The position numbers and the translations under genes were made by a program. This document shows, piece after piece, positions 19,013 through 28,600 of a stretch of DNA of 64,000 bases (position 1 is its first letter; each line of letters begins with the position of its first letter). The DNA is taken from positions 1-64,000 of IMG/VR virus record IMGVR_UViG_3300022752_000048; one strand, written 5' to 3'. The DNA is from a virus. The notes under the pieces were generated by a model. It did not search any database and was not told the DNA's origin. It saw only the letters and a list, made by a program, of their open reading frames with translations.

Positions 19013-19351
19013 CTATACTGCAGACCAACTGCCCCAAGTTGTTCCTGATGTACTTACTCGTTTTTGAAACTGACCATCGGCCAAAAATGCTAATTGCCAC
19101 ACCGGTCCGCCAGAAAAATCAGTAGTTGTACCGTATGATCTAAAAGTCATCAACCCTACGTAACCAGTTCCGGGCGCCCCTGTGATACCAACAACTGTTC
19201 CTGTTTTAAAATCAAAAGTAACGCCTGGAATATAATCTTGTGGATTTGTATTTACGTTACGTGTATCTGGAGACGCCACACGTCTTACCGTGCCATCTGC
19301 AGCAAGATTTTCAATCGTGCCTTGGTTTACTATTAAAGGTACATTTGCCAT
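19013..19351 (-). CDS. Stand-alone fibre knob-like domain
   Basis: DTRNVNTNPQDY..FDFK...YVGLMTFRSY..SGGPVWQLAF...WGSW resembles pyocin/phage fibre knob domains. Confidence 0.5.
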   Translation of the reverse strand: MANVPLIVNQGTIENLAADGTVRRVASPDTRNVNTNPQDYIPGVTFDFKTGTVVGITGAPGTGYVGLMTFRSYGTTTDFSGGPVWQLAFLADGQFQKRVSTSGTTWGSWSAV

Positions 19352-19365
19352 GATTTATCCTCTTA

Positions 19366-21789
19366 TCAGTCCGTATAATAAGCGCCGGAAATATGAACAT
19401 TCAGAGCGGCGTTCGTAACCGGCACTGTTCCTGCCGTCCCACCGCCCGTTGGCATTGTATGACCGTATAAATAATTTGATGGATTAATTAGCCAGCCGGA
19501 ACAGTAATGCCCCGCAGTCCATGTTAAATTATTACCATAGGCCATTGTAAATGCTGAATATGTTGCATTCCATGCATTGCCGGCATTTCCCGTTGCCCTT
19601 GGATATGGGAGATTACCAATTCGCAATTCTCCGGCTGCTCCTGACATTGTGCCGTTAAGATTAATAAATAAATAGACAAGTTTTCCAATTTTAATATAAT
19701 ATCCACCGGTTTGCGTTGCGTTTGGGGTCCAAGTTCCGGCTGTTGATGAACCATAAAAAGTTGGAGAAAAGCTACCTTCTTTATAATCGTCTAAATTGTT
19801 TGGATCAGAACTAGCAATCATTGTTGCTGGGAATTGAATTCCAGCATTTAGTGTTAATAAACTAGATTGAATTTGTAAGGGTAGTGATGCGCCAACAGCT
19901 GGTCCATTTAATGCAAATTGTGCAATTGCACTACTAAATCCAGTCACAGATGGTAATGTTACTTGAACCAATCCGCCAGTTGTTACTGAAATATTAAATC
20001 CAGTTGGTGGCGTATCACCAGATGTTTGATAGCTAATCAGATAATCTGTGGCATCGCCTTTCTTAGTTACCTGCGCTTTAAAAGTAAAGCGATATGGCGT
20101 TGTTGCATTTATATAAATGAATCCAGTTAATTCAACAGCGTTATACGCGGACGCGTTTTGAATTGTAGTTGTTGCAGCGTTTGTTAACGAAATCTGCGTA
20201 TAAACATTAGATCCACCAACCGAGCTACCGCGCATATTATAGAAATCTAATACAGTAGTTGTTCTGGCAATACCAATTGGTTTAGAAATTTGTCCAACAA
20301 TAGATGGTGCGGTTGCAGTTATTTTTCCGGCAGTTGTTGTAGAAAGAAAATAGACTGTTCCTGCAACTAAAGATCCACCGCCTTCAAGTGTATTTGCACC
20401 AATTGAAGTAGTTTCGCCGCCTAAACAAATTTGAAAGGTATTTGTATCAATAATATTGTATATAAGCCCAGCTACTTCGGCTGTGGCTTCCACGTCTGCT
20501 CTGGCATATGTATATGTTGATCCATTTAGATATAAAGGTCTGCCAATATCTGCGGCAACAAATCCGTGTGAGTTTTGAGTTACTAAAACAATAGTGTTTC
20601 CAGCAGCGGCCCAACTTAATGTGCCAGAACCATTGGTAATCAGTGCTTGGCCATTCGTTCCATCTGCAGCAGGCAAAGTCCATGTAACATCAGCCGTAAT
20701 ATTGTCTGCAGCTCTTAATCCAACTGAGTTAGTACCGTTTGCAGCAAGCTCTCTAAACCTAACAACTCCAGTATTGCCTGTGGCGGTTCCTGTTGGGCCA
20801 AGAACTAAAGATGTTTGTACAACACCTGGAAACCTATAAAGATGATTGGATGTTCCAAGAACAAATTGATTATCTGCGGTTGCAGTAGCTGACACAACAG
20901 TACTGTCCATGCCAATTGCAACAACGCCTGTTAATGTAGCACCAAAAGCAGTACCGGTGGCGTTAATAAATGTATTATTATTTCCTGAATTATATTGCCC
21001 CGCGGCAGAGCCAACAGCAACATTTCGGCTGCCAGCAGAGTTGAGTTGTAATGCATTAGAACCAATTGCTGTATTATCTTGTAAAAAAATGCTTGAGGCT
21101 GATGCATTTGCACCAATTGCTACGTTATTGCTTCCGATCGTATGTTGATACGATGCATTATAACCGATGAAAGTATTATTTACACCACTAGTAATTGCTG
21201 CACCGGCAGCAATACCAATACCCGTATTATACTGGCCTGTCATTGATAGATTATAGCTATCAACCTCAAAAGTTGATCCGGTTGTTGGATGGTCTAATCC
21301 ACCACCAACTTTCTTTTCGGAACCTGCAGAATCTTTTGTATAAAGTTTTCCATCTGATTTTGCATAAAGCCTCAGTGTACTTGACGCCGGAGATGATGGA
21401 GAAGTTATATACGGATAATCAGTATAACTATTAGTTATAAGTGCTAGTATTCCAGGTGCATTAACAATCCAAGATCCCGCTGATGCATTCCATGTAAATT
21501 CAATCCATATTTCATTTGCATCTAGAATGAGCGGTTCGTTTGTTGCTAAATTATTAATTTTTTGTCCAGATGCCGGATTAACAGTTACATTGTTCGTTAA
21601 AAACGTGCCCTTAGCATCTGAAATACGGATTGTTGTTCCGTCAATACCGATTGGAAGGTTTACAGTGATTGTGTTTAATGTTGTATCAAGAATATAGTGA
21701 TAACGGCTTTGTGCAGAAATAGGTCCAGAAGATGCGTAAACAGACGCTAATCCTGGGACTTGTACTGTTTTATTAGACCATAAAGCCAT
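19366..21789 (-). CDS. Tail fibre protein (807 aa)
   Basis: N-terminal gp10-like module, central region homologous to 14995..18144, C-terminal LDDYKEGSFSP...YIKIGKLVY head. Confidence 0.8.
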   Translation of the reverse strand: MALWSNKTVQVPGLASVYASSGPISAQSRYHYILDTTLNTITVNLPIGIDGTTIRISDAKGTFLTNNVTVNPASGQKINNLATNEPLILDANEIWIEFTWNASAGSWIVNAPGILALITNSYTDYPYITSPSSPASSTLRLYAKSDGKLYTKDSAGSEKKVGGGLDHPTTGSTFEVDSYNLSMTGQYNTGIGIAAGAAITSGVNNTFIGYNASYQHTIGSNNVAIGANASASSIFLQDNTAIGSNALQLNSAGSRNVAVGSAAGQYNSGNNNTFINATGTAFGATLTGVVAIGMDSTVVSATATADNQFVLGTSNHLYRFPGVVQTSLVLGPTGTATGNTGVVRFRELAANGTNSVGLRAADNITADVTWTLPAADGTNGQALITNGSGTLSWAAAGNTIVLVTQNSHGFVAADIGRPLYLNGSTYTYARADVEATAEVAGLIYNIIDTNTFQICLGGETTSIGANTLEGGGSLVAGTVYFLSTTTAGKITATAPSIVGQISKPIGIARTTTVLDFYNMRGSSVGGSNVYTQISLTNAATTTIQNASAYNAVELTGFIYINATTPYRFTFKAQVTKKGDATDYLISYQTSGDTPPTGFNISVTTGGLVQVTLPSVTGFSSAIAQFALNGPAVGASLPLQIQSSLLTLNAGIQFPATMIASSDPNNLDDYKEGSFSPTFYGSSTAGTWTPNATQTGGYYIKIGKLVYLFINLNGTMSGAAGELRIGNLPYPRATGNAGNAWNATYSAFTMAYGNNLTWTAGHYCSGWLINPSNYLYGHTMPTGGGTAGTVPVTNAALNVHISGAYYTD

Positions 21790-21800
21790 TACTAAACCCT

Positions 21801-22520
21801 TTACTCATCGATAGATGGTATACCACATTTATTATATTTTGCATTAAATCCAGAATAAAACCAAGTCACACCCATAGTTCTAGGCGTTTCTTTTGTGCAT
21901 GCAAAATCAACAGCGGTATGCCAATAATTAGATGGAAACATAATTGCAGTGTTATATGAATAATAAAAATCTTTATAGATTTTCCACTGTTTTGGATCTT
22001 TTTGTTTTTCTAAATTTGCGGGGGTATCTGCTCTGATATATCGCTCTCCGCTTTCATGTTCGCAAAAACAAAATCTTGCAGATTTTTCTTGCGGTGTAAA
22101 ATCAAAAATAAATGCCCAATAAGTGTAACGGGCGTATATATTTCTTCCTTGTTTATCAAAGTCATATTCTGGCAAACGATCAACGTGCGCTATTAATTCA
22201 GAAGAGCGAGGTTCTTCCAGTCTTCTAAATGACATAACTGGTTTATGTGTCCATACATAATCATTTAAAATATTTGAACCCGTATCTAAAATATATTCTA
22301 AAGTTTTATCTTTAAAAAATTTGGGAACAATAACATTATCACCCACCCAATATCCTGATGATTTATCATATTCTGCCTGCAAAACCATTTGACGATAAAC
22401 TTCTGGATTTGGCAAAAAATCTTTAATAATAAAAAATGGAAAATTAACAGATGTATCTCTAGTAACAATCATAAAGATCTTTCTTATTAAATTGTTAATT
22501 AAAGATACTAGTGTTTTCAT
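21801..22520 (-). CDS. 2OG-Fe(II) oxygenase-like protein (DUF6445-like)
   Basis: IIKDFLPNP, HVD (HxD), YNTAIMFPSNYWH (distal His), PRTMGVTWF (Arg). Confidence 0.65.
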   Translation of the reverse strand: MKTLVSLINNLIRKIFMIVTRDTSVNFPFFIIKDFLPNPEVYRQMVLQAEYDKSSGYWVGDNVIVPKFFKDKTLEYILDTGSNILNDYVWTHKPVMSFRRLEEPRSSELIAHVDRLPEYDFDKQGRNIYARYTYWAFIFDFTPQEKSARFCFCEHESGERYIRADTPANLEKQKDPKQWKIYKDFYYSYNTAIMFPSNYWHTAVDFACTKETPRTMGVTWFYSGFNAKYNKCGIPSIDE

Positions 22521-23248
22521 AGTTTGATAATATAATTTACCGCTAAAAATGCGGGTGTTGTTTCGGTATCCCCTGAAATTGTAGGCGCTGCAGCGGTTGC
22601 GGTTAATGCACTTGAATTAAGTGAAACTGAAGATACAGAACCAGTGGCGTTAAATGTACTGTCATAACTTATGCTATGGCTGTGATCAGTATTAACACTT
22701 GCTGCAGATGTCAGAGCGCCCGAGCCGGCATCTTCCCAACACGGACCATATGCGCCAGCAGCATAATTAAGTCCTGAACGTCTTACGTTTCCAATAGAAT
22801 GGCCATGGCTCGCATTTGCTGACATACCGGTAGAAGTGCGATCAAATTGAGATCGATTTCCAGAAACAGATAATGCTATGTTTGAGGCAAGTGTTTGCCC
22901 TGCGGCTGTACCAGAAACTGTATTTGAACCACTATTTGCCAAACCATTCTTTGCAGTCTTTTGCCCGCCTTTAGTAGCTAAAGCACCCGCTGCTGGCGTG
23001 TGGCCAGTAACTCCACCATAGTTTGCCGTGCCATTTGTTCCAGCACCACGAGGATAAACACCACGTAAATCTGGTATGTTAAATGTTAAAGCGCCATCAC
23101 CGTTACCGTATGTAGTAGAAATTGCAGCAAACAGGCGAGCATAAGTCGTTCTGCTTACTGCAGAACCGTCACATAATAACCAGCCGTCTGGTGCTGTTGA
23201 TCCGGCAAACGTTAATAACGTTCCTGACGGAAATGGTAAGTACGCCAT
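22517..23248 (-). CDS. Tail collar-domain protein
   Basis: PDGWLLCDG...FNIPDLRG, two HxH motifs; near-identical GTNGTANYGGVTGHTP block and C-terminus to 14267..14995. Confidence 0.88.
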   Translation of the reverse strand: MAYLPFPSGTLLTFAGSTAPDGWLLCDGSAVSRTTYARLFAAISTTYGNGDGALTFNIPDLRGVYPRGAGTNGTANYGGVTGHTPAAGALATKGGQKTAKNGLANSGSNTVSGTAAGQTLASNIALSVSGNRSQFDRTSTGMSANASHGHSIGNVRRSGLNYAAGAYGPCWEDAGSGALTSAASVNTDHSHSISYDSTFNATGSVSSVSLNSSALTATAAAPTISGDTETTPAFLAVNYIIKL

Positions 23249-23249
23249 A

Positions 23250-25094
23250 TCAGAAAATACTCCAATCAGAAGAACCGCGCCAAACTAATTTAACTGATTC
23301 ATAATTTGATGTTAATGGCCATGAGTTTGCGCCATCAATTGTTATGCCGGCACCAGGATCAATTGTGACAATTCCGGCAGCAGAGACGCGTTTAATATAA
23401 ACAGTAAACCCTACATCGCTCGCTGTTAATGTTGGCAGATTTAAAGTGATTGCTGCGGTTGCAATAACAAAATGATTAGCTTTTGTCAAATTTGTATTTG
23501 ACGAGTAGGCGTTGTAGGCTGCTTTAAATCCACCGTTAATATCTAACAACGCTTGTGGAGAAGTCGTACCAATTCCAACATTTCCGGTTGTATCAATTTT
23601 TAATCTAGTGGAATTATTAGTTTCAAACAATAGGGAGAAATTGTCATTTGTACCAATAACTAAATCAGTGCTAAGAGTATTTCCTGTATGAGTTACAAAA
23701 CCAAATGGTGTAGTTCCGTATGAGAGCGACCCTGTTACAACCCATGAAGAAGATGTAGAATCCCAAGAAAGTTCAATCCACGAACCATTAATGTCCATGA
23801 TTAACGATTCATTTATTGCCAAATTATCAATTTTTTGTCCAGAGGCGGGATTAATGATTAAATTATTAAGACCCCATTTTTCTTTTACATCTGCAAATCT
23901 AATTCTTGCGTTTATAAATCCAGATGGCAAAGTTGCTGTTACTGCACCAAAAGTTGTATCAACAAAATAATTCACATTGTTAGCGGCTGTAAAAGAGGCG
24001 CTTTGATATATTGAATTTGCATATTGAGCAATGGTATTCCAATTTGTGCCATCAGAAAAATATAAAAAACCGCTTGAATATTTAATTGCGCCGCTGCCGG
24101 CAGTTGCAGCCGATGAAGTTACGTTGCCAACTTGCAAACCACCAGTAATTGCCAAGCTTACTACGTTTGCCGTACTTAGAGAGAGTATGCCTGTGAACGT
24201 TTGATTTCCGTCTAATGTTGCAATTGTAGACGATCTATCTGGCACTGTTAATGTTTTAGATGTTGTTAGTCCAGAATAATCTAGCGCAAATATATAGTTT
24301 GATGCATTTTTTAAATTTAAAACATTAGGAGTTGAATAAAGTCTTGTATATCCAACGGTTGGAGATGTTGGTGCGGATGACTCATTTAATAAATCAATGT
24401 AGGTAGTTCCGGCAGAACCAGTCCCCTTTACCGTTAAATAAGTGAAGGCGCCTGAGCTGGCTGTCGTCGAACCAATCGATGAAGAGTTAATGGTTTTATT
24501 GCTTAAATTTTCTGCACCAGATAATGTCGCCAATGTTCCGACGGTTGGGAGTGTGAGGCTTGTCGTACCTAATGTGGTAAACGTAATATTATTAGAGCCA
24601 TACGTAAGAGTACCCGCATTATTAACCCCCGTACCGCCTCTTGTAGAAGATAATTGAGCCTCGCCAGTTAGTGTATTAGTGGCGCTCCAATATGTTACGT
24701 ATCCCGTTGTGCTAGCGCCTAGCGGAATAGTGCCGCTTGTGTTTGGAATTGTTAAGGTTATTGAAGTATTATTAGTAATACCAGAAAGCTGGAAATATAG
24801 TTTTTTAGTCGGATCTATTTCATCGACAAAATAAACAGTGCTATCTTGCAAAGCAGTGCTTGTTAATGAACCGCCTGTACCGGTGATTAATGCTGGAGCC
24901 CACGAGGAGGGACTTGCGGCATATTTAACATAAAGTGTACCGTTTGATCTTAAATAAAGAGATCCGGTTGGGGAAGTTAACGATAGAGTCGTTGGATCTG
25001 CAGATCCAGTCTCAATATAAGCAGCTTCGCTTAGTTTTAACTTAGGCTTTAAGGCTTTTAAATAATCGCCATTAAATATAACAGCGCCGCTCAT
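23250..25094 (-). CDS. Tail fibre / branching fibre protein (614 aa)
   Basis: First ~250 aa paralogous to 14995..18144; internal and C-terminal gp10-like modules; GNVGIGTTSP fibre motif. Confidence 0.8.
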   Translation of the reverse strand: MSGAVIFNGDYLKALKPKLKLSEAAYIETGSADPTTLSLTSPTGSLYLRSNGTLYVKYAASPSSWAPALITGTGGSLTSTALQDSTVYFVDEIDPTKKLYFQLSGITNNTSITLTIPNTSGTIPLGASTTGYVTYWSATNTLTGEAQLSSTRGGTGVNNAGTLTYGSNNITFTTLGTTSLTLPTVGTLATLSGAENLSNKTINSSSIGSTTASSGAFTYLTVKGTGSAGTTYIDLLNESSAPTSPTVGYTRLYSTPNVLNLKNASNYIFALDYSGLTTSKTLTVPDRSSTIATLDGNQTFTGILSLSTANVVSLAITGGLQVGNVTSSAATAGSGAIKYSSGFLYFSDGTNWNTIAQYANSIYQSASFTAANNVNYFVDTTFGAVTATLPSGFINARIRFADVKEKWGLNNLIINPASGQKIDNLAINESLIMDINGSWIELSWDSTSSSWVVTGSLSYGTTPFGFVTHTGNTLSTDLVIGTNDNFSLLFETNNSTRLKIDTTGNVGIGTTSPQALLDINGGFKAAYNAYSSNTNLTKANHFVIATAAITLNLPTLTASDVGFTVYIKRVSAAGIVTIDPGAGITIDGANSWPLTSNYESVKLVWRGSSDWSIF

Positions 25095-25164
25095 ACGTAA
25101 TACCTTTGTTAATTTCTGGCTAGAAATTACGCCTGAGCACTAATTGCTGGCCAGAATCTATGTG

Positions 25165-25199
25165 TGGCTTATGCCAGTGACCGCAATTAAATTGTAACA
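25165..25199 (-). promoter_or_regulatory. Extended -10 (TGTTACAAT) plus leader hairpin TGGC-ATAA-GCCA
   Basis: Paralog of the 18172-18206 element. Confidence 0.6.
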
Positions 25200-25219
25200 C
25201 GACAGTTTTTAAATATTTT

Positions 25220-25597
25220 TTAATTGAAAAAGTTGATGATTAACTCGCTGTTAGCGCCCGGAACAACAGATTCTGGCCTATAACAAATGCGTGTTGATGC
25301 ATCAATTTGAATCAATCCGTAGCCACCGCCACCGGGAATAATTCTAAAAAGAACCGTTTCAGATCCTGATGCTCCGGTTGCTAATACTTCTACTTCACCA
25401 CTAGAGCTGAATACTTCAATCATCGTGACTTTAGCTGCAGAAGAACTGAAAAGCTCAAGCCACGCCGATGTGCTTACCGTTACAGATGTTGGTGTGCCTA
25501 GATCTTTATATAATTGCGCAGAGCCGCCGCCTTGATGAACAAGACGAATCGAAGATAATGCTTTTTTCTTTCCGCGTTCTGTTCCTGAATATGCCAT
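25220..25597 (-). CDS. Hypothetical beta-rich virion protein
   Basis: 125 aa, GGAG SD, within the fibre cluster. Confidence 0.5.
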   Translation of the reverse strand: MAYSGTERGKKKALSSIRLVHQGGGSAQLYKDLGTPTSVTVSTSAWLELFSSSAAKVTMIEVFSSSGEVEVLATGASGSETVLFRIIPGGGGYGLIQIDASTRICYRPESVVPGANSELIINFFN

Positions 25598-25612
25598 TTT
25601 ATCTATCTCCGA

Positions 25613-28600
25613 TTAAATAATATACCAACGGCTTGTACCGTCGCTTTGTAATGTAACGGATTCTCCGTCTCTTTCAATAACAAATGGAACGTTTATGGTG
25701 TTAAATTCTACGTATTCATTAGAAGCAGGGGCAAGCTGAATAGATCTTCCGGTTGTTGATGCGTTATTTCCAATGTCTTTTATAACCAAAATACGTTTTG
25801 TGGCGGCTAAGGGTAGCGTAATTGTACATCCAGACACTGTAGTATTCACATTAAGAATTACATCAGTTGGTTGTACTGTGTATGTTGCAGAAGAGATGCT
25901 TGTTGAATTTACAGAAACCGCGCCAAGCAATTTAACCGCAGTTGAAGACAATTCAAGAACGGCGGTTGATGTGCCATTGCCAACATTTGAATATGTGTTT
26001 GCGCCAAATTGTAAAATATCAGTAAATTCAAATTTATTAACAACAGGGGTATTAAGATCAACGTAATCATAGATTTTAAAACATAGATCCGCCGCCGGGC
26101 TTATTAGCTGCCAACCAGATAATGCGTCGTAAAAATACGCTCTACCACCACCGTATGATGTATCGGCTTTTGAAACAATTTTTACGCAATTATCTAGATA
26201 TGATGGAGATGAAGGGGGTAATAATCCAGCAATTGGAACAACTTCTGCAGCAAGAAGGTAGGTTCCTGCGGCGAGTGTTTGCAATTCATAAAAATTAAAA
26301 TCAGTGAAAGAAGTTTGGAATCCGATAGGAAATCCTAACAAATTCAATGGCGCTGATGTTGCAATTGGTGTTGATTGAACAACACCGCCAATGACTTGAT
26401 ACAGGGCCACTGTCATAGTTCCAGATAAATTAGGAACGAGTGTTGGCGCAACGGTTGATAGCTGTAAACTAATTTTCTGAAAATTGGTTGTAGAAGACAA
26501 AATAAAAGTTTGACCAATACGCCTATTAGTTGAATTGAATGAAACAGAAGTTACTTCTGCCGGTTCTGGACCGTTTTGTATAGAAGTGGTTACATTAAAT
26601 AATGTCTCTTTAGTTCTTAACGCAATTGCAGAATTATTTTGACTATTTCTTATTCTAAATGAATCAGATTGATATTTTTTAATATCTAAAACATACGGCC
26701 CATCGTTTTGGCCTAAATTAAGTCGTTTATAGTTATTTTCCCAGAAAAAATTGCTATTATTTTGTGCCGCTTTAAATGTACTATCAATAAATAATACTGA
26801 TCCGGCTTGAAATGTAGGAAACGAGATAGAGGTGATATATGCGGTGTTCCAGGGATACGTTTCTGAACCGAGATTATAATTATTTGATGATGGAACTAGA
26901 CTTGTGCTAAATTTACCATTTGCGTTAATTGTAGTTGTTGAATCAACACCTAAATTAATAGTTCCATTTGCCTCCAAAGAAGATGAAAAAATGGCATTTT
27001 GAGCATACAAATAGGCCCAAGGATTTGCTAATGAACCTAAATTTTTACCGGAATTAGGAATGATGTTTGAATTTACATTTCCGACAAACGAGCTTGTTGC
27101 ATTAATTGTAAGAATATCAGATGATGCATCTCCAATAACTGCATCGCCGTAAGTTGTTAGATTATTTAAAAAAGCATTCCATAATTTTGATGATGAACCC
27201 AATGCTGTATTTGAAGTCTCTGGTAAAAGACCTGTAGCTACTACTGATATACCAGATGATGTTGCTTTTAACTCAACATTTGCGCCGGTGTTACTAATTT
27301 TAAAATAATTTAAGGAATTAGAAGGAGAATAAATCTCCCATCCTAATCTATCGGATGAAATTAAAATTTTACCGGAAATAGTTGGGTTAGTTGTTGTACC
27401 AAAATTCGTTTCATTAAATGCCGCGCTATTTACAGCTGTATTTTGTATCTCAAAATACGAATTAGTTAAAATACCAGTTACTGTGAATTGGCCATTGTTT
27501 TGACTAAAAGAAAATCCAGATATTAAAATGACAGAACCGATTTCGATATTTCCGGTATTAACCGCTGAATATCTAACAGTATTACCATTTTGCCAGGTTG
27601 GATTAGAAATTGTAAGAAAAGAACTGCTAGCTTCTTCAACAAGAATACCGCTATTTTGTGCGGTACCATTAAGTCCGCCGACATTTAATGAAAGAGTTTT
27701 GTCTGTAACAAAAGATTGTATAGTTTGGGTTGTTGTTACTGTACCATTAATATTGATAATATCAGAAGATCCGCCAATATTAATGGTGGTTTTTCCGGTG
27801 CCCGTACCAATATTAATTGTTTTTGTTAAAGAACCTGTACCAATATTAACAAATTGTGTTGCGGAATCAATTCCAATATTAAGTTCATTTGCAGTATTGC
27901 CGGATTCAACCGAACCCTTTATTGATGCAACGGATTCAACTTGCAATCCAGTACCAGAAGATTTGCTGAAATATGCAACGTCAGAAAAAACAGAAGTTCC
28001 GTTTACGTTAAAATTTTCAGATAAAGAAGCAGATGTGTTAATTCCAATTCTTCCGGATGTATCTATTTTTATACCATTGTTTGAACCAGTTGTTACCTGC
28101 AACGGAATGGCGGAAGAAGTATTAAGGACTGCAACTCCAGAATTAAAAAATAAAGAAACTTTATTTGTATCTGTAGTATCGTTTCTAACAACAACGCCAG
28201 ACGGTCCAGTGTGCAATTGCTTCCATCTATAACTCAATGTTCCTAAGTCGTAAAAATTATCTACAGATGGGTTAATAGGCGAAGCAAAACCTGCATTAAT
28301 GGTCACAGTATCGGATGGAGAATCGCCAAGAATTGTATTACCATCTACTTGAAGATTAGTGCCAAGCCATAAAGAAGCCCATCTTTGGGATAAACTTCCT
28401 AAATTATTTAAATTGTCTGACGAAGGAACAACCGAAGTTGATATTCTAGCATTTACTGCTAAAATATCGGCACTTGTATCACCAAGCACTGTGTTGCCAT
28501 CTACTTGAAGATTAGTGCCCAACCATAAAGAGGCCCATTTAAATAATGAAGAGCCTAAATCAAATGAATTATTTGTTGATGGAATAACTGGTGTTGAAAC

